A stretch of 64,000 nucleotides of DNA from the IMG/VR virus record IMGVR_UViG_3300020475_000546, positions 1-64,000 of that record. The stretch is one strand, 5' to 3'. The notes beneath the pieces are model-generated. The model did not search any database. It had not been told where the DNA came from and saw nothing but the letters and a program-made list of their open reading frames with translations. The translations under genes were made by a program, and so were the position numbers. Source of the stretch: an uncultured virus (IMG/VR IMGVR_UViG_3300020475_000546) (lineage: Duplodnaviria > Heunggongvirae > Uroviricota > Caudoviricetes). Positions 42,801 to 51,875 of this stretch are shown here, one piece after another; the stretch's first letter is position 1, and each line of letters begins with the position of its first letter.

Positions 42801-43272
42801 CCATAATGTCAAAGATTGGCCTAACATCATTTCTGATTCTCCTTTCTGCTTCTCGATTATCGCCTAACTGGTTAATGAATCCAAGAATGTGTTCGGCATA
42901 CATGGGGCTACCATGAACTGCACCATGCAATAGAGGACAGCTATTTGATTCGGGATGAAATGGATGATGTTTTCCAAATCTATTGTCTATATCAGCTTCA
43001 GGCCAATCACCTGCATAACTCGTTGAAATCTTTGTATGACCGCTAAGGTAGGCATTCATGTCTTGCGGGATAACCATCGTTGAAGGATCCATCGGGTTAT
43101 CCAAATCTCTCATTGAATATGGTGGCGGGTCTGAAGCTACTGCAAGAGTAGCTGCATCTTGAGGTGAATCAACAACACCCAATTCTTCCTTGTATAGGTC
43201 TATGTCATAATCAGCACCAGTAAGTGCGGAGAGTAAAGTTTCTGTTCTCCTTCTTACTAACTCATCCGACAT
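39859..43272 (-). CDS. 1137-aa multidomain head-module protein with a degenerate ATP-dependent DNA ligase-like domain
   Basis: WIVQHKPSGER (motif I KxDGxR), FTLDAY (III), VDLLVHKGTDLSFEPLEDR (IIIa), EFLIRD (IV), KWVL (V). Confidence 0.7.
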   Translation of the reverse strand: MSDELVRRRTETLLSALTGADYDIDLYKEELGVVDSPQDAATLAVASDPPPYSMRDLDNPMDPSTMVIPQDMNAYLSGHTKISTSYAGDWPEADIDNRFGKHHPFHPESNSCPLLHGAVHGSPMYAEHILGFINQLGDNREAERRIRNDVRPIFDIMGDPTESMLDLYNIDRSRFGELSDEGYIENKKTELTNDFGLLSYLFGLEYQTSQQRDSFMDLMSRLGETEDGSPEAKTIYNKLAEKTGVSWGRALRNWRDRFTPLASWWMRPADKSGPVEAGADASAPDRHHNSPWNLSEEGIVPNHNHHWWQPFLYWGGVGRDIGSLKTMFSESYSKIFNGSWLGDMLFDGIPLMGRHSIAGSHFPMAANTEAGQGELAGVVSSDSMSDLDFERKRANWSGAASFHHHLHPSEIQSQGSMMEIPHSAYMIAPFGRAMMNVGEHGAPLAQFIGMSHPNSNPDYHKLHNSFFAEADKALTREAMRLAGIVNQQLGSEVLIGSLSEDAWSDVEANTVARGNIQQLMVAANYSLMKYGDAGGHSVMPLADLSSGQLSSQDGTLGPVAPTSMGVVPPIFNTGNTDAWGHRMPATLIWSDDPTTGITFSLAEQPFTIMQRTAHEGHVRMIDPAYSKKPIQTKDEDIRLLTSNHMGYPSLVTDLHKSDDDYEPTGVFGKKLITPAHVVKDIDDLTTLKGFSGDWIVQHKPSGERMLIEKRGKSIEPRVPNTVSKDLKDMKGDFTLDAYLDDETLNVVDLLVHKGTDLSFEPLEDRINVLRTLYHSTDNIHFPAPSNCVNSDDEGLVKAIASFDRGEFLIRDATSTFIKEKELHPKWVLFANDDISKSKIYPPLPEVMVKGNTVILEYPEILSPVKVMLAKDDDGIYIDTYEGQPHLVKQAQSQEVLWTPPVAFLLKEGGAGGGDGGGGGTGMVSSTTEGTYQPVHSVATKRKKRKLVEKAPAIIDDEEEDSVHHMMGHVREAIDDAEESLSSEELEEKVEGLKHDHLLRFGGEYGIEQTEDNKWTLNEAIDDDIADTTVVEKFAFPRMNRASSDGGAWSGMQADITAPMGATEITDENNTTFADPKNEDREADEIDIPNLKLDPSSEVEQPQIEFEGEKVIMRIPIKEKNEKNADLEAQPTIRTDSV

Positions 43273-43281
43273 ATACTCACC

Positions 43282-44073
43282 TCACAGGCGAGCATAGACT
43301 TGTTCGGTAAGGCTCGCAATTTCTTCAATGATGCCGACTTTACCGGGATAAGATTTCTTGAGCTGAGTCAATTTTTCTTCCCATTGATCTATGTTATCAG
43401 CTACTCCACCGCCATCGTTTAGTTTCATGTGCAAGGATGAACCGTCTGCACCGTAGCCTGTTTGAGCTACTGACGGCATTTTCGCAACCTCGCTAATCGG
43501 GCTTCTTGATGGCCCATCTTCCATGTAAGGAACTCTTTGATTGGTACTATACACGGTTGCTCGTATCTGTTCGCTTCCTGATACTTCCATAAGTTGAGGA
43601 ACAACATCATTAACAGATGTTTCTTGTTCGTATTTGACGATAATACCTCTCTCTCTTAGGAATTGAGTAGTTGCATCGCCTTTCTTCATTTGCTTAAAGT
43701 CGTCACCATCAATGTCACCATCCTTGTCCTTATCAAGCTCTTTCTGACCACCGACTAAAGGTTTCTTGCCCTTTTTGGATTTGCCCGCCATATTCTTATT
43801 TCCTTTAGGAGAAGGAAGATTGGGCATTTTTCCATCGCCCCTGTCAGACTTGTATCCCTCTTTTGCAGATTTCTTAGTATCGGAGTTAGGAGAACACACT
43901 TCACAAGTTTCTCCTTCATCACTCTTACAACCCATGCAATTCATGTTCTTATCCATGTAAGCCATACTGCCGTTCTTTGACTTGACTACATTTTCTAATT
44001 GCTTGACGATTGCCAAAAGCTGGCCTTCGGGAGTATCTTCCATTGGGTCGTGATATGCAAATCCGTGATTCAT
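43282..44073 (-). CDS. hypothetical head-module protein with an EF-hand-like loop
   Basis: DKDKDGDIDGDD; CxxC..CxxC; probable start MNHGF at 44073. Confidence 0.6.
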   Translation of the reverse strand: MNHGFAYHDPMEDTPEGQLLAIVKQLENVVKSKNGSMAYMDKNMNCMGCKSDEGETCEVCSPNSDTKKSAKEGYKSDRGDGKMPNLPSPKGNKNMAGKSKKGKKPLVGGQKELDKDKDGDIDGDDFKQMKKGDATTQFLRERGIIVKYEQETSVNDVVPQLMEVSGSEQIRATVYSTNQRVPYMEDGPSRSPISEVAKMPSVAQTGYGADGSSLHMKLNDGGGVADNIDQWEEKLTQLKKSYPGKVGIIEEIASLTEQVYARL

Positions 44074-44399
44074 GTTCGTGTCGCCTCTTCCGCATCTATC
44101 CATTCCTGTAGCTCATCATAGCGACTTTTTGATTTTGTAAATAGGTCGCCCGAACCATCGAAAGGAGTATCAATTCTCATATCATCTGTACCTGCTCTAT
44201 TTAGGGGGTCAAATGTTTCAGCCGCATGAGGTGTAGTAACTCTCATCCAACCTGCTTTTTGCATCATTGTTTCTGGATCAGAAACTGCTTTGCGTAGCTC
44301 TAGGTTCTCATTCTCAACAAAAGCAATTCTTTCATTTAATGCACGAAGCTCTCCTACGACTTGTTTCAATATTTCTAATTCGCCACTTTCATCGCTCAT
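44070..44399 (-). CDS. coiled-coil hypothetical protein
   Basis: 109 aa with heptad pattern; overlapping start/stop codons. Confidence 0.65.
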   Translation of the reverse strand: MSDESGELEILKQVVGELRALNERIAFVENENLELRKAVSDPETMMQKAGWMRVTTPHAAETFDPLNRAGTDDMRIDTPFDGSGDLFTKSKSRYDELQEWIDAEEATRT

Positions 44400-44938
44400 A
44401 ATCCCATACCTCCAAACATACTATTCAAACCATTTACGGGCGGGTTAGCCACATTAGGGTTTGCTATATCCGTCATGTTAGGGGCTTGGACTGGTGCGTC
44501 ATACTCTAACATCGTCATAACCTGTGGGTCTTTCTGCATAGCGGCCAACAAAGAAAACATCTCATCGTATTTTTCCATAACTAACCCCAATACCATATCA
44601 AATTGGGATATGCCTTCACTCGGCATACCATTACTTGCCCATTGAGCCAAATAGCCCTTCCTTGAACCAAGCATATCTCCTAACTGTCCGGCTGCCGATA
44701 ATAGCTCATCGTAGTATTTCTTACCTGCTGCGGAAGCAGGTACTACCGGGGGAACGAGAGATTGGTCTTGAACAGGTTGAGTATTAGCTAACCCTGCACC
44801 TGCGGGTGTATTTGGGTCAGAAGCCATCATAGCAGCATTAGGATCTGCTGGCCCTGCTTTCTGAATAAGAGTTGAACGAATAGACAAAGACCTCATTCGG
44901 TCTGCTATTGAACCTCTATCTGATGTAAATCCCGCCAC
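44396..44938 (-). CDS. hypothetical protein
   Basis: GTG start after GAGGTGA; in operon. Confidence 0.65.
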   Translation of the reverse strand: MAGFTSDRGSIADRMRSLSIRSTLIQKAGPADPNAAMMASDPNTPAGAGLANTQPVQDQSLVPPVVPASAAGKKYYDELLSAAGQLGDMLGSRKGYLAQWASNGMPSEGISQFDMVLGLVMEKYDEMFSLLAAMQKDPQVMTMLEYDAPVQAPNMTDIANPNVANPPVNGLNSMFGGMGL

Positions 44939-44947
44939 CTTTTCACC

Positions 44948-45304
44948 TCAGAACACTTGATGCTTTCGATAGAGCTTATCGCTTCTGCCGGGTCTTACAA
45001 CACCATAAGCAATAGCATCTTCTCCACCATTGAAGTTGCCTTCCGTGTTCTGGGGGGTGTATGTAACACCCTTTCTTATCTCATCCGAAGGGATTTGATT
45101 ACCAAGTGCTTTATGCAGGGTATCGTGAAGAACTAAATCTTCTGAAAGAGCTTTGAGAGCATTCGTAGCAGCTTCAAGATGTTTTGCTACATCGTCACGA
45201 TTATTCAAATCAATTGCTTTCTGCATGGCTTCAACAGAAGCTACACATCTGCGAGCCATAGGATCCATTTTTGAGAGGTCAAATAGTGCTTCGCCCATAT
45301 CCAT
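44948..45304 (-). CDS. helical hypothetical protein downstream of the portal
   Basis: ATG 17 nt after the promoter-like motif; rich in hydrophobic-x-K sites. Confidence 0.6.
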   Translation of the reverse strand: MDMGEALFDLSKMDPMARRCVASVEAMQKAIDLNNRDDVAKHLEAATNALKALSEDLVLHDTLHKALGNQIPSDEIRKGVTYTPQNTEGNFNGGEDAIAYGVVRPGRSDKLYRKHQVF

Positions 45305-45321
45305 CAACCCTCTTAGCATAT

Positions 45322-45335
45322 ACAATCCTATTCAA
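45322..45335 (-). promoter_or_regulatory. putative late promoter TTGAATAGGATTGT
   Basis: 13/14 identical to the copy at 35746-35759, with the same 17-nt spacing to ATG. Confidence 0.65.
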
Positions 45336-47113
45336 GAGTTTTCATCACTCTTACCTCTTTGCCCGTCTATATTCAATCTTTTCAGTTTAGCATCAGCTAT
45401 CTTCTCGGCTGATGTTTTGTCTGTATCTTTATTGCCTTTAGAAGATGTAGGAGAGCCTTCATTGTGTATTACTCTTTGATTCTTTTTTGTTTGCCCGCCT
45501 CTTGTTTGAGCTACGCCACCTTCTCGTAATGGCTTGATACCAGAACCTCTTGTAGATACCATAGCTGAAGCGTCTGGGATGCTACCATGAACAGGATCGG
45601 TTACATCTCTTTTGAATAGCTCAAACTGCCCCATTTTCTGAACGGGAGTTTGCCCCCCTCCTTGTTGCTCGGCCATCGCAGCCTCTTGTGCAGCTACTTC
45701 TTCTTCATTTGGTTCTGAATAGTCAAACTTGAGATATACATCATCTATATCATCTCTTAACTTAGCGTTGAACCCTGATTGCTTCATCTGCATCATGTTG
45801 CGGATAGCCATTTCATCCCTGCGTAGTTGCATAATCTCATCTTCCTCTTCATGAGGTGTAAGGGTAATCTCCCATTCATCTATACCAAACGCTTCAAGCA
45901 ACGCAGGGAATAGTAGCCTGTTGTAAATTGATTGTGAGAATGATACAGAACGATTGCTAACTACAATCTGCATACCTTCGTTGTTCAAACCACCACCCGA
46001 TACATCATTCATGAATACATTTGAAACACCATAGAACGCAGATATTCTTTGACGAATATCATCTTTGATAGGTATGTATTGTAATTCTTCAAGCGTATCC
46101 ATCATACGGACATACTCTAAACCACCCCTACCTGATTCGGTTTCAACACCAATCGTAGGGATGTAATTGGGATCACGCTCAAGATGCTCTTGGATATTAC
46201 GAGCTGTTCTTTCAACAGTTTCCATATTTGATGATTTGATGACCATAACACCTCTCGGCATCCTTCTCTTTTGATAAGCTGAATAGACATAGTTATCCAT
46301 AGCTATGAGAGTATTTACCTGTCGCCACATCGTAGCTACAGGGCTTCGGCCATACAGTTTAGATGGCGACCACTTGCTAATGTGTATAACTTCACCTTCA
46401 GTATAGACTTGACCCGAACCAACACCTGCGAGATTCATGTAATGAATAGGTACTACGGCCATACCAGTAGTTGGGCAAACCGAATCAGGGTCTGTTGTTC
46501 TATACGCCCTATCAACCAAACTTGTATATTGAGAACCACCTCTAACCCCTCTTTTATCCGAAAGTATTCTCATGAATATAGGGTCAGCTCTTGAAATCTC
46601 TTTGATTCTAAAGAAGGTGGCTGATTTTGTTTGAGGGTCAATGAAATACTCTTTGGTAACTATTAGGTATGCGTCATCTACAATGTTCAAATCCATTTCA
46701 ATTTCTCTTAGAATGTCTATGAATGTTTGACCCATACCATTAACATTGTTGAATATAGCATCTGCATATTCAATTTGTGACCTATCTGCCTTCCTTACTT
46801 CGCCACCTGTTTCAGGATCCATTTCATACTCTTGGTTATATTTCCGGTCTGTATCTACGCTTTTAACAACAAATCTCGGCTTCCAACCCCACCCCTTTCT
46901 GAATGTTTCAACACAAAGATGGTTCAAAATAGACCTGAGAACCATACATTCGTATGAAGCGGCATATAGAGCTGGGATGGTAATTCCTTGAAGTAGGGGT
47001 GGTTCTTGCACACCCGATGTAAATAACGGCATAGATGGAATGGGCGTAGTGTGCCTTTCCATATCCAATCCAACGGCTGAAAATATCTTATCCATTCGCT
47101 TCTTATCAACCAC
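45332..47113 (-). CDS. portal protein
   Basis: EVIHI..LYGRSPV, PRGV, RISAFYGVS motifs; lies between TerL and the protease. Confidence 0.9.
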   Translation of the reverse strand: MVDKKRMDKIFSAVGLDMERHTTPIPSMPLFTSGVQEPPLLQGITIPALYAASYECMVLRSILNHLCVETFRKGWGWKPRFVVKSVDTDRKYNQEYEMDPETGGEVRKADRSQIEYADAIFNNVNGMGQTFIDILREIEMDLNIVDDAYLIVTKEYFIDPQTKSATFFRIKEISRADPIFMRILSDKRGVRGGSQYTSLVDRAYRTTDPDSVCPTTGMAVVPIHYMNLAGVGSGQVYTEGEVIHISKWSPSKLYGRSPVATMWRQVNTLIAMDNYVYSAYQKRRMPRGVMVIKSSNMETVERTARNIQEHLERDPNYIPTIGVETESGRGGLEYVRMMDTLEELQYIPIKDDIRQRISAFYGVSNVFMNDVSGGGLNNEGMQIVVSNRSVSFSQSIYNRLLFPALLEAFGIDEWEITLTPHEEEDEIMQLRRDEMAIRNMMQMKQSGFNAKLRDDIDDVYLKFDYSEPNEEEVAAQEAAMAEQQGGGQTPVQKMGQFELFKRDVTDPVHGSIPDASAMVSTRGSGIKPLREGGVAQTRGGQTKKNQRVIHNEGSPTSSKGNKDTDKTSAEKIADAKLKRLNIDGQRGKSDENS

Positions 47114-48443
47114 TCTTCGTCACCTCTTCTTTCATCAAGTCAAACTCACTTACTGATAACTTCTTACTCTTCAAAAACTTCACTTGTTTCTTCTTATCCA
47201 ATGAATCATGCACCATCACAGTAAGAGCATTCTTATCGTGTCTGAGAGCCTTCTCTAACATGAATGCTTCGTGATTCTCGGATGTTATGTGCGGTAAAGC
47301 CATATCTAATGCTTTCAAAACACCTTTTTCTCCTTCTATTATTAGGCCACCCGTTGAAGGCTTTACACATTCAACCCCTATTTCTTTGTTCAAAGCATTC
47401 GAATACCAAGGTGCAGTAGGGGCTTTGAAGTTTAGCTCTATGCGGGGATTAGACCTTACATCAAACTTAACCTTTGAACCGCTTTCAATTAACCCTGCTA
47501 AGAATCGGGGTGCATCCTTTAGAATTACATCCCGCCTCTTTATGTCGTAAAATAAACCTCTTCCAACCGACTTACTAACTACGCCAACAGATACAATATC
47601 ATACAAAAATCCATGTGATTTGATTAGTGATGAAATCTCAGCTGGACTTGCACTAACGCCATTAAACTTCAAAGTGTGAGCATTCAAAGCACCCTTGCGA
47701 ATTAGTAAATCTGAACATTGTTGTAGTATGTTTCTTTCACGATTTGAAATACGCTGATCGGCATCAACAACAGATTTCCATATATTGTATGAATCATTTT
47801 TTGCTTCCGATGTATTTGCAGATTCCCACATCTTAACGAATCTTCGAAAAGGTATTCCTAATCTTTCGGAATATCTGTTTAGCCTATCATAATCAACATC
47901 GGTCAATGGTAATTGCTTTACTAAATGTGGAGATACACCGGGAAAAGAGGATATTATGGCTCTTTTTTCTGCAAGAAGCAAAGGGTATAATGCGTCTAAA
48001 GCTTCTAACTCTTGTTTTTGTATCAATAATGAAGCCATTTCAGAACCAGTCATGCCGAAGTTATTCAAAAACCAATTCTTATCAAGAGATAATTGAATGT
48101 CGGTAGGTAGTCCATCCTCAGTCGGTGCAGATACTTTTTCATCAACATCGGCAGACGGAGATGAGCTTTGCGAATTGTTCATCCCTTCAATCTCCGCCCC
48201 TTGTCCTTCTTGAGTCTTAGCCCTCTTAGCCCTGTCAGCATCTGTTTTCTGTGATGATTGCAGATCTTTCGTAGCTTGCTCAACCTTCTCTTGGGCTATT
48301 CTTGTAGCTTCAGAACCTATGCCCGTAGCTAAACCACCTACTGCTGCTAAACCTGCCGCAGCTAATGGGTTCTTCCTAATGTCAAGTGAGTCTGCAAGAG
48401 TTTCAACACCGACCAATGGCTCAATGTATCTTCTCTCACGCAT
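47106..48443 (-). CDS. protein with a degenerate LAGLIDADG-like C-terminal domain
   Basis: FLAGLIESGS followed by a beta hairpin (PRIEL); probable start MRERR at 48443. Confidence 0.6.
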   Translation of the reverse strand: MRERRYIEPLVGVETLADSLDIRKNPLAAAGLAAVGGLATGIGSEATRIAQEKVEQATKDLQSSQKTDADRAKRAKTQEGQGAEIEGMNNSQSSSPSADVDEKVSAPTEDGLPTDIQLSLDKNWFLNNFGMTGSEMASLLIQKQELEALDALYPLLLAEKRAIISSFPGVSPHLVKQLPLTDVDYDRLNRYSERLGIPFRRFVKMWESANTSEAKNDSYNIWKSVVDADQRISNRERNILQQCSDLLIRKGALNAHTLKFNGVSASPAEISSLIKSHGFLYDIVSVGVVSKSVGRGLFYDIKRRDVILKDAPRFLAGLIESGSKVKFDVRSNPRIELNFKAPTAPWYSNALNKEIGVECVKPSTGGLIIEGEKGVLKALDMALPHITSENHEAFMLEKALRHDKNALTVMVHDSLDKKKQVKFLKSKKLSVSEFDLMKEEVTKSG

Positions 48444-49851
48444 CTTGCCACCCCAACCTTCTTTGCCATGTAGCACCGTCAAGTATAACGATGTTCTCTC
48501 TATATTCCTTAGTGGCTTGAACAGATAAAGCCAACGCAATTACCATATCGTCATGCGCCCCCAAGCTCTCCATTTTACCATTCTCAAGCATGGTGAAGTA
48601 AGATAACTCGGTCAATAAAGCATTCATGTGCCTTCGAGTAGCACCTTCATCTTTGTAAGGGATAATCAGATGCTTCTGCTCAAAGTGTAGTTGTAAAGTA
48701 TGTATCAAAGCTTCCTTTCTCATACGACTCATATTGAACGGTTTGATAGGTAAATCGCTTATTTCTTGAAGAACTTGATTGAAAGCCATAGCAAAGTTGT
48801 TCGTTTCTAACTCTATTATGACAGGATTGAATCGAGCGTTTAATTCTATGATTTTGTCTATCTGCTGATTAAAATCCATATTTTTCTCATGATGAACATG
48901 AACGATGCGTTTGTGTCTATTCTCATCCATACCTATTACTATCATGCAAGTATAGTCAGCTCTCCTGTCTGCGCTGATTGCCGGATCCCAACCTATGTAG
49001 TAATTCAGATGCTCATCTGTATCGGGATAGTAAGACAACGATAGAGAGTCATCCTTCACACGCTCTAGTGTTTCTTCTGGGAATAAGCTAGACTCGCTTG
49101 CTATCGGTTTGCATAGATACTCTCTTGTAAATGCAATAGAAGTCATCTCACCCTTACGAGCATTCAACGCATCAAGATTCCATCTCTCCGGCCATAGTGG
49201 TTCTCCTGTAGCTTCATTGATTGCGGGGTATTCTCTAACGCAATAACCATCCAAGCCCTTTAGCTCAGAATACAAGTCAGTATATGAGAAAGGCGTTCCT
49301 ACAATACACATCTGAGCTGTGTGGTGCAGAACAGGTAGAAGTGCGGTATAGAACCATGTAGCTATGGATTTTAGCTGAGTCTGAGCTTCACTAGATAGAA
49401 TATCGTCAAGCACTACAATATCAGGGTGCGCCCCACGAACCGCTTTACCGATAGACATAGCTCGAATAGATGAACGGTTTGTGAACTTGAATAACTGCTT
49501 AGCCCAACCTCTCTTTGGTTTTAGGTGAGCTAAAGCAGGTGTAGTCACTATAAGCTCATCCATCTTACTCATGTGGTCAATAGACTGGTGCTGACTGTGG
49601 CTGAAGAATAGAACCTCAGTATTGGGATTGTAAGCCATCTTCCATAGCAAGTAGCATCTAAAGAATACAGATTTGCCGTGATCACGACTTGCTATAACAC
49701 ATATCTTACTGTTATTCTCGGCATTCTCATACCATTCTTTGTGAAAGTGTGCAAGCTGGAATCCGCATATATCCTCAAAGAAGTATTGGAAGTCACGCCT
49801 TCCCATCTCAAAATCAACCTTACTGGCTAATCTTTGAACTGCGTCACTCAG
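48436..49851 (-). CDS. terL: terminase large subunit
   Basis: Walker A ASRDHGKS, RGAHPD, Walker B IVVLDD, RNase H GWDPA..DYT..HDDMVIALAL; start codon uncertain. Confidence 0.95.
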   Translation of the reverse strand: MSDAVQRLASKVDFEMGRRDFQYFFEDICGFQLAHFHKEWYENAENNSKICVIASRDHGKSVFFRCYLLWKMAYNPNTEVLFFSHSQHQSIDHMSKMDELIVTTPALAHLKPKRGWAKQLFKFTNRSSIRAMSIGKAVRGAHPDIVVLDDILSSEAQTQLKSIATWFYTALLPVLHHTAQMCIVGTPFSYTDLYSELKGLDGYCVREYPAINEATGEPLWPERWNLDALNARKGEMTSIAFTREYLCKPIASESSLFPEETLERVKDDSLSLSYYPDTDEHLNYYIGWDPAISADRRADYTCMIVIGMDENRHKRIVHVHHEKNMDFNQQIDKIIELNARFNPVIIELETNNFAMAFNQVLQEISDLPIKPFNMSRMRKEALIHTLQLHFEQKHLIIPYKDEGATRRHMNALLTELSYFTMLENGKMESLGAHDDMVIALALSVQATKEYRENIVILDGATWQRRLGWQDA

Positions 49852-50764
49852 TATCCCACCCCGCAGGTAGCAAGCTTGTATCAGCTCTTGGTGCTTCATC
49901 TCCCTTGTTGAATGCACTTGATGGTAATAGGCTCATATCATCTCCTTGTCTTGCATCAAAACCTGCGTTTTTGAGAGCATCTTCTGGTGAGTCGCCCTTG
50001 ATTAAATCGGGCTGAAGTGAGAATGTGGGTGTATCATCGTGCGTAACTTCGGGTGGTTGTTCCTCAGTTAGGGATGCAAAGCCATCATTGAAGAACGGGT
50101 TTGCGAATGGATCCTTAACGACAGTCCAGCTATCTGCTACTTGATGTGGTTCTGAAGCCCTTTCTAATAATTCATCAGCTACCGTTTCATCTATGTCGGG
50201 ATTTTCCATAAGAATATCCTTAGCCCGTTGAGTCCTTCCTCTTTCTCGTTGAATATGTTCGGGCATAGGCGGTGTAGGCGCACCCTCAGCTCCGCCTCTA
50301 AATCCTGTTCGAGGAATCTCAGCTCTAACGGTTTCTGGTCGGATTTCGCTTGGCTCAACACTCTCACGCTCTCTTGGTGGTGGTGTGGCCGTGACGGAAT
50401 CTACCGACTCAGGCATAGCAGGTGGCGGTGGCCTGTTCATAGCCTCTAACGCTCGATGATGAGCTTCAACGCCAGCTTCTAAACCATCGGGGTGTCTAAT
50501 CAGATTATTGACTATGTATGCGTTTCGAGCCTCTTGTTCCCTTTGCTTCTGCTTTACCTTTCTTGCGAAATTGTCAAAGAAGCCCTTTTCCAAATCCTCA
50601 TCGCTTTCGGGTTTTGGCTTTGGCTTTGGCTTTGGTTTGCCTGTCTTTGGTAATGGCCCACCACGCTTTCTTCTCTCATCCATCTGATTCCAATCATCAG
50701 ACGAAGGTAATCTCCAACCCTTAGCAACATTCCAAGCTTGGTCAAATATATCATCTGTAGGCAA
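49844..50764 (-). CDS. Pro/Glu-rich protein beginning with FDQAWNVAK (candidate internal head protein)
   Basis: N-terminal motif plus internal DSWTVVK; low complexity. Confidence 0.6.
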   Translation of the reverse strand: MPTDDIFDQAWNVAKGWRLPSSDDWNQMDERRKRGGPLPKTGKPKPKPKPKPESDEDLEKGFFDNFARKVKQKQREQEARNAYIVNNLIRHPDGLEAGVEAHHRALEAMNRPPPPAMPESVDSVTATPPPRERESVEPSEIRPETVRAEIPRTGFRGGAEGAPTPPMPEHIQRERGRTQRAKDILMENPDIDETVADELLERASEPHQVADSWTVVKDPFANPFFNDGFASLTEEQPPEVTHDDTPTFSLQPDLIKGDSPEDALKNAGFDARQGDDMSLLPSSAFNKGDEAPRADTSLLPAGWDTE

Positions 50765-51875
50765 GTCGAACTACCTCCGTACTTCGCCTGTCCGTTATCT
50801 CCAATCTTGCTTTATGGATTCCATAGTAATGGTTGAGAATATCTTCTGAAGCTTGTATAGCAGATGTATCTCCCGCCATCAGCCTCCTTTGTTGATTCTG
50901 AGCGTTAGCCATATCTTGTCTGCCCTGCCCTCTTTGATATGCGTTATACCCTGCACCTAACACATTTGACATACCACCCGTCAAAAGACCGAGATAAGGG
51001 TTAGTAGCAAAGCCACCCTTTGTATTCGCCCGCTTGTTCGCCTCGGTTAATGCCGTCTGAGAATCCGCTATTGCTGTATTTCCAAATGCTCTTTTCGCTT
51101 CTTCTCCAAGATTATACGGTTGCTGATTCTGAGCAGGTTGCCCCTCAGAAGCGTTTTGTTCGGGCGGTGCTTGATTCACTGGCGTTTCTGTTGTGGAGGC
51201 TTGTGGTGGCGATGCTTGTGGTATGCCTTGCCCTGCTGACCCTAATCCTACATTGGATTGGTTAGCTCGGACTTTGTTGTAAGCACCTACGCCTTGGCCG
51301 ATTAGATTACCTACGCCCGATGCGAATTGACCCATGAAATCGGTAGCACTACCACCTGTGGCTGCTCCTGTTTGAGATTCAACCAATGGATCTTGACCGC
51401 CTTGTATATTGCCCATTGTGTCCTTTGCTTGGTCTGAAGCTAACCCCGGAGCATTCCGCATGAGCTTTGTTTGTGCAGCGTTTTGACCTGCTAACTTACT
51501 ATCCACCTTCTGTTGTTCTAAAGCTGCATTTTGCTGTTCTACAAGACCTGATTGTTTATCTGGACTCATTCCCGTTCTCTCTCTTTGAGCCGCAGCTCGA
51601 TTAGATGCGGTTGGTAGATTACCAGAAGCCATAGCTGAACCTGCATCTCTCACAGCTCCAAGAGTATTCATTACAGAACCGCCTGTTCTAACTCTTTGAT
51701 TATCGGGTGCTTCTGGGTTTTTGCCCAAAGGAAGTGGATTTCTGCTTTGACCACCTGCCGACAAATCCCCTTGCGTTCCTGTAACTCTATCAAGAGCATT
51801 AACGGCCATTTGCCCCAAGCGTTTTTCAAGTTGTTCTTGCTCATAGAGGCGGGCTTTGAGAATCAAATCATTCAT
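50751..51875 (-). CDS. Gly/Gln/Ala-rich protein (candidate internal/ejection protein)
   Basis: Low complexity with glycine-zipper-like segments; N-terminal LILK. Confidence 0.6.
   Translation of the reverse strand: MNDLILKARLYEQEQLEKRLGQMAVNALDRVTGTQGDLSAGGQSRNPLPLGKNPEAPDNQRVRTGGSVMNTLGAVRDAGSAMASGNLPTASNRAAAQRERTGMSPDKQSGLVEQQNAALEQQKVDSKLAGQNAAQTKLMRNAPGLASDQAKDTMGNIQGGQDPLVESQTGAATGGSATDFMGQFASGVGNLIGQGVGAYNKVRANQSNVGLGSAGQGIPQASPPQASTTETPVNQAPPEQNASEGQPAQNQQPYNLGEEAKRAFGNTAIADSQTALTEANKRANTKGGFATNPYLGLLTGGMSNVLGAGYNAYQRGQGRQDMANAQNQQRRLMAGDTSAIQASEDILNHYYGIHKARLEITDRRSTEVVRLAYR

Noticed and set aside
47106..49917. Intein or intron in TerL or portal suggested by the LAGLIDADG motif
   Set aside because: TerL and portal both look continuous and full length; no intein splice motifs seen
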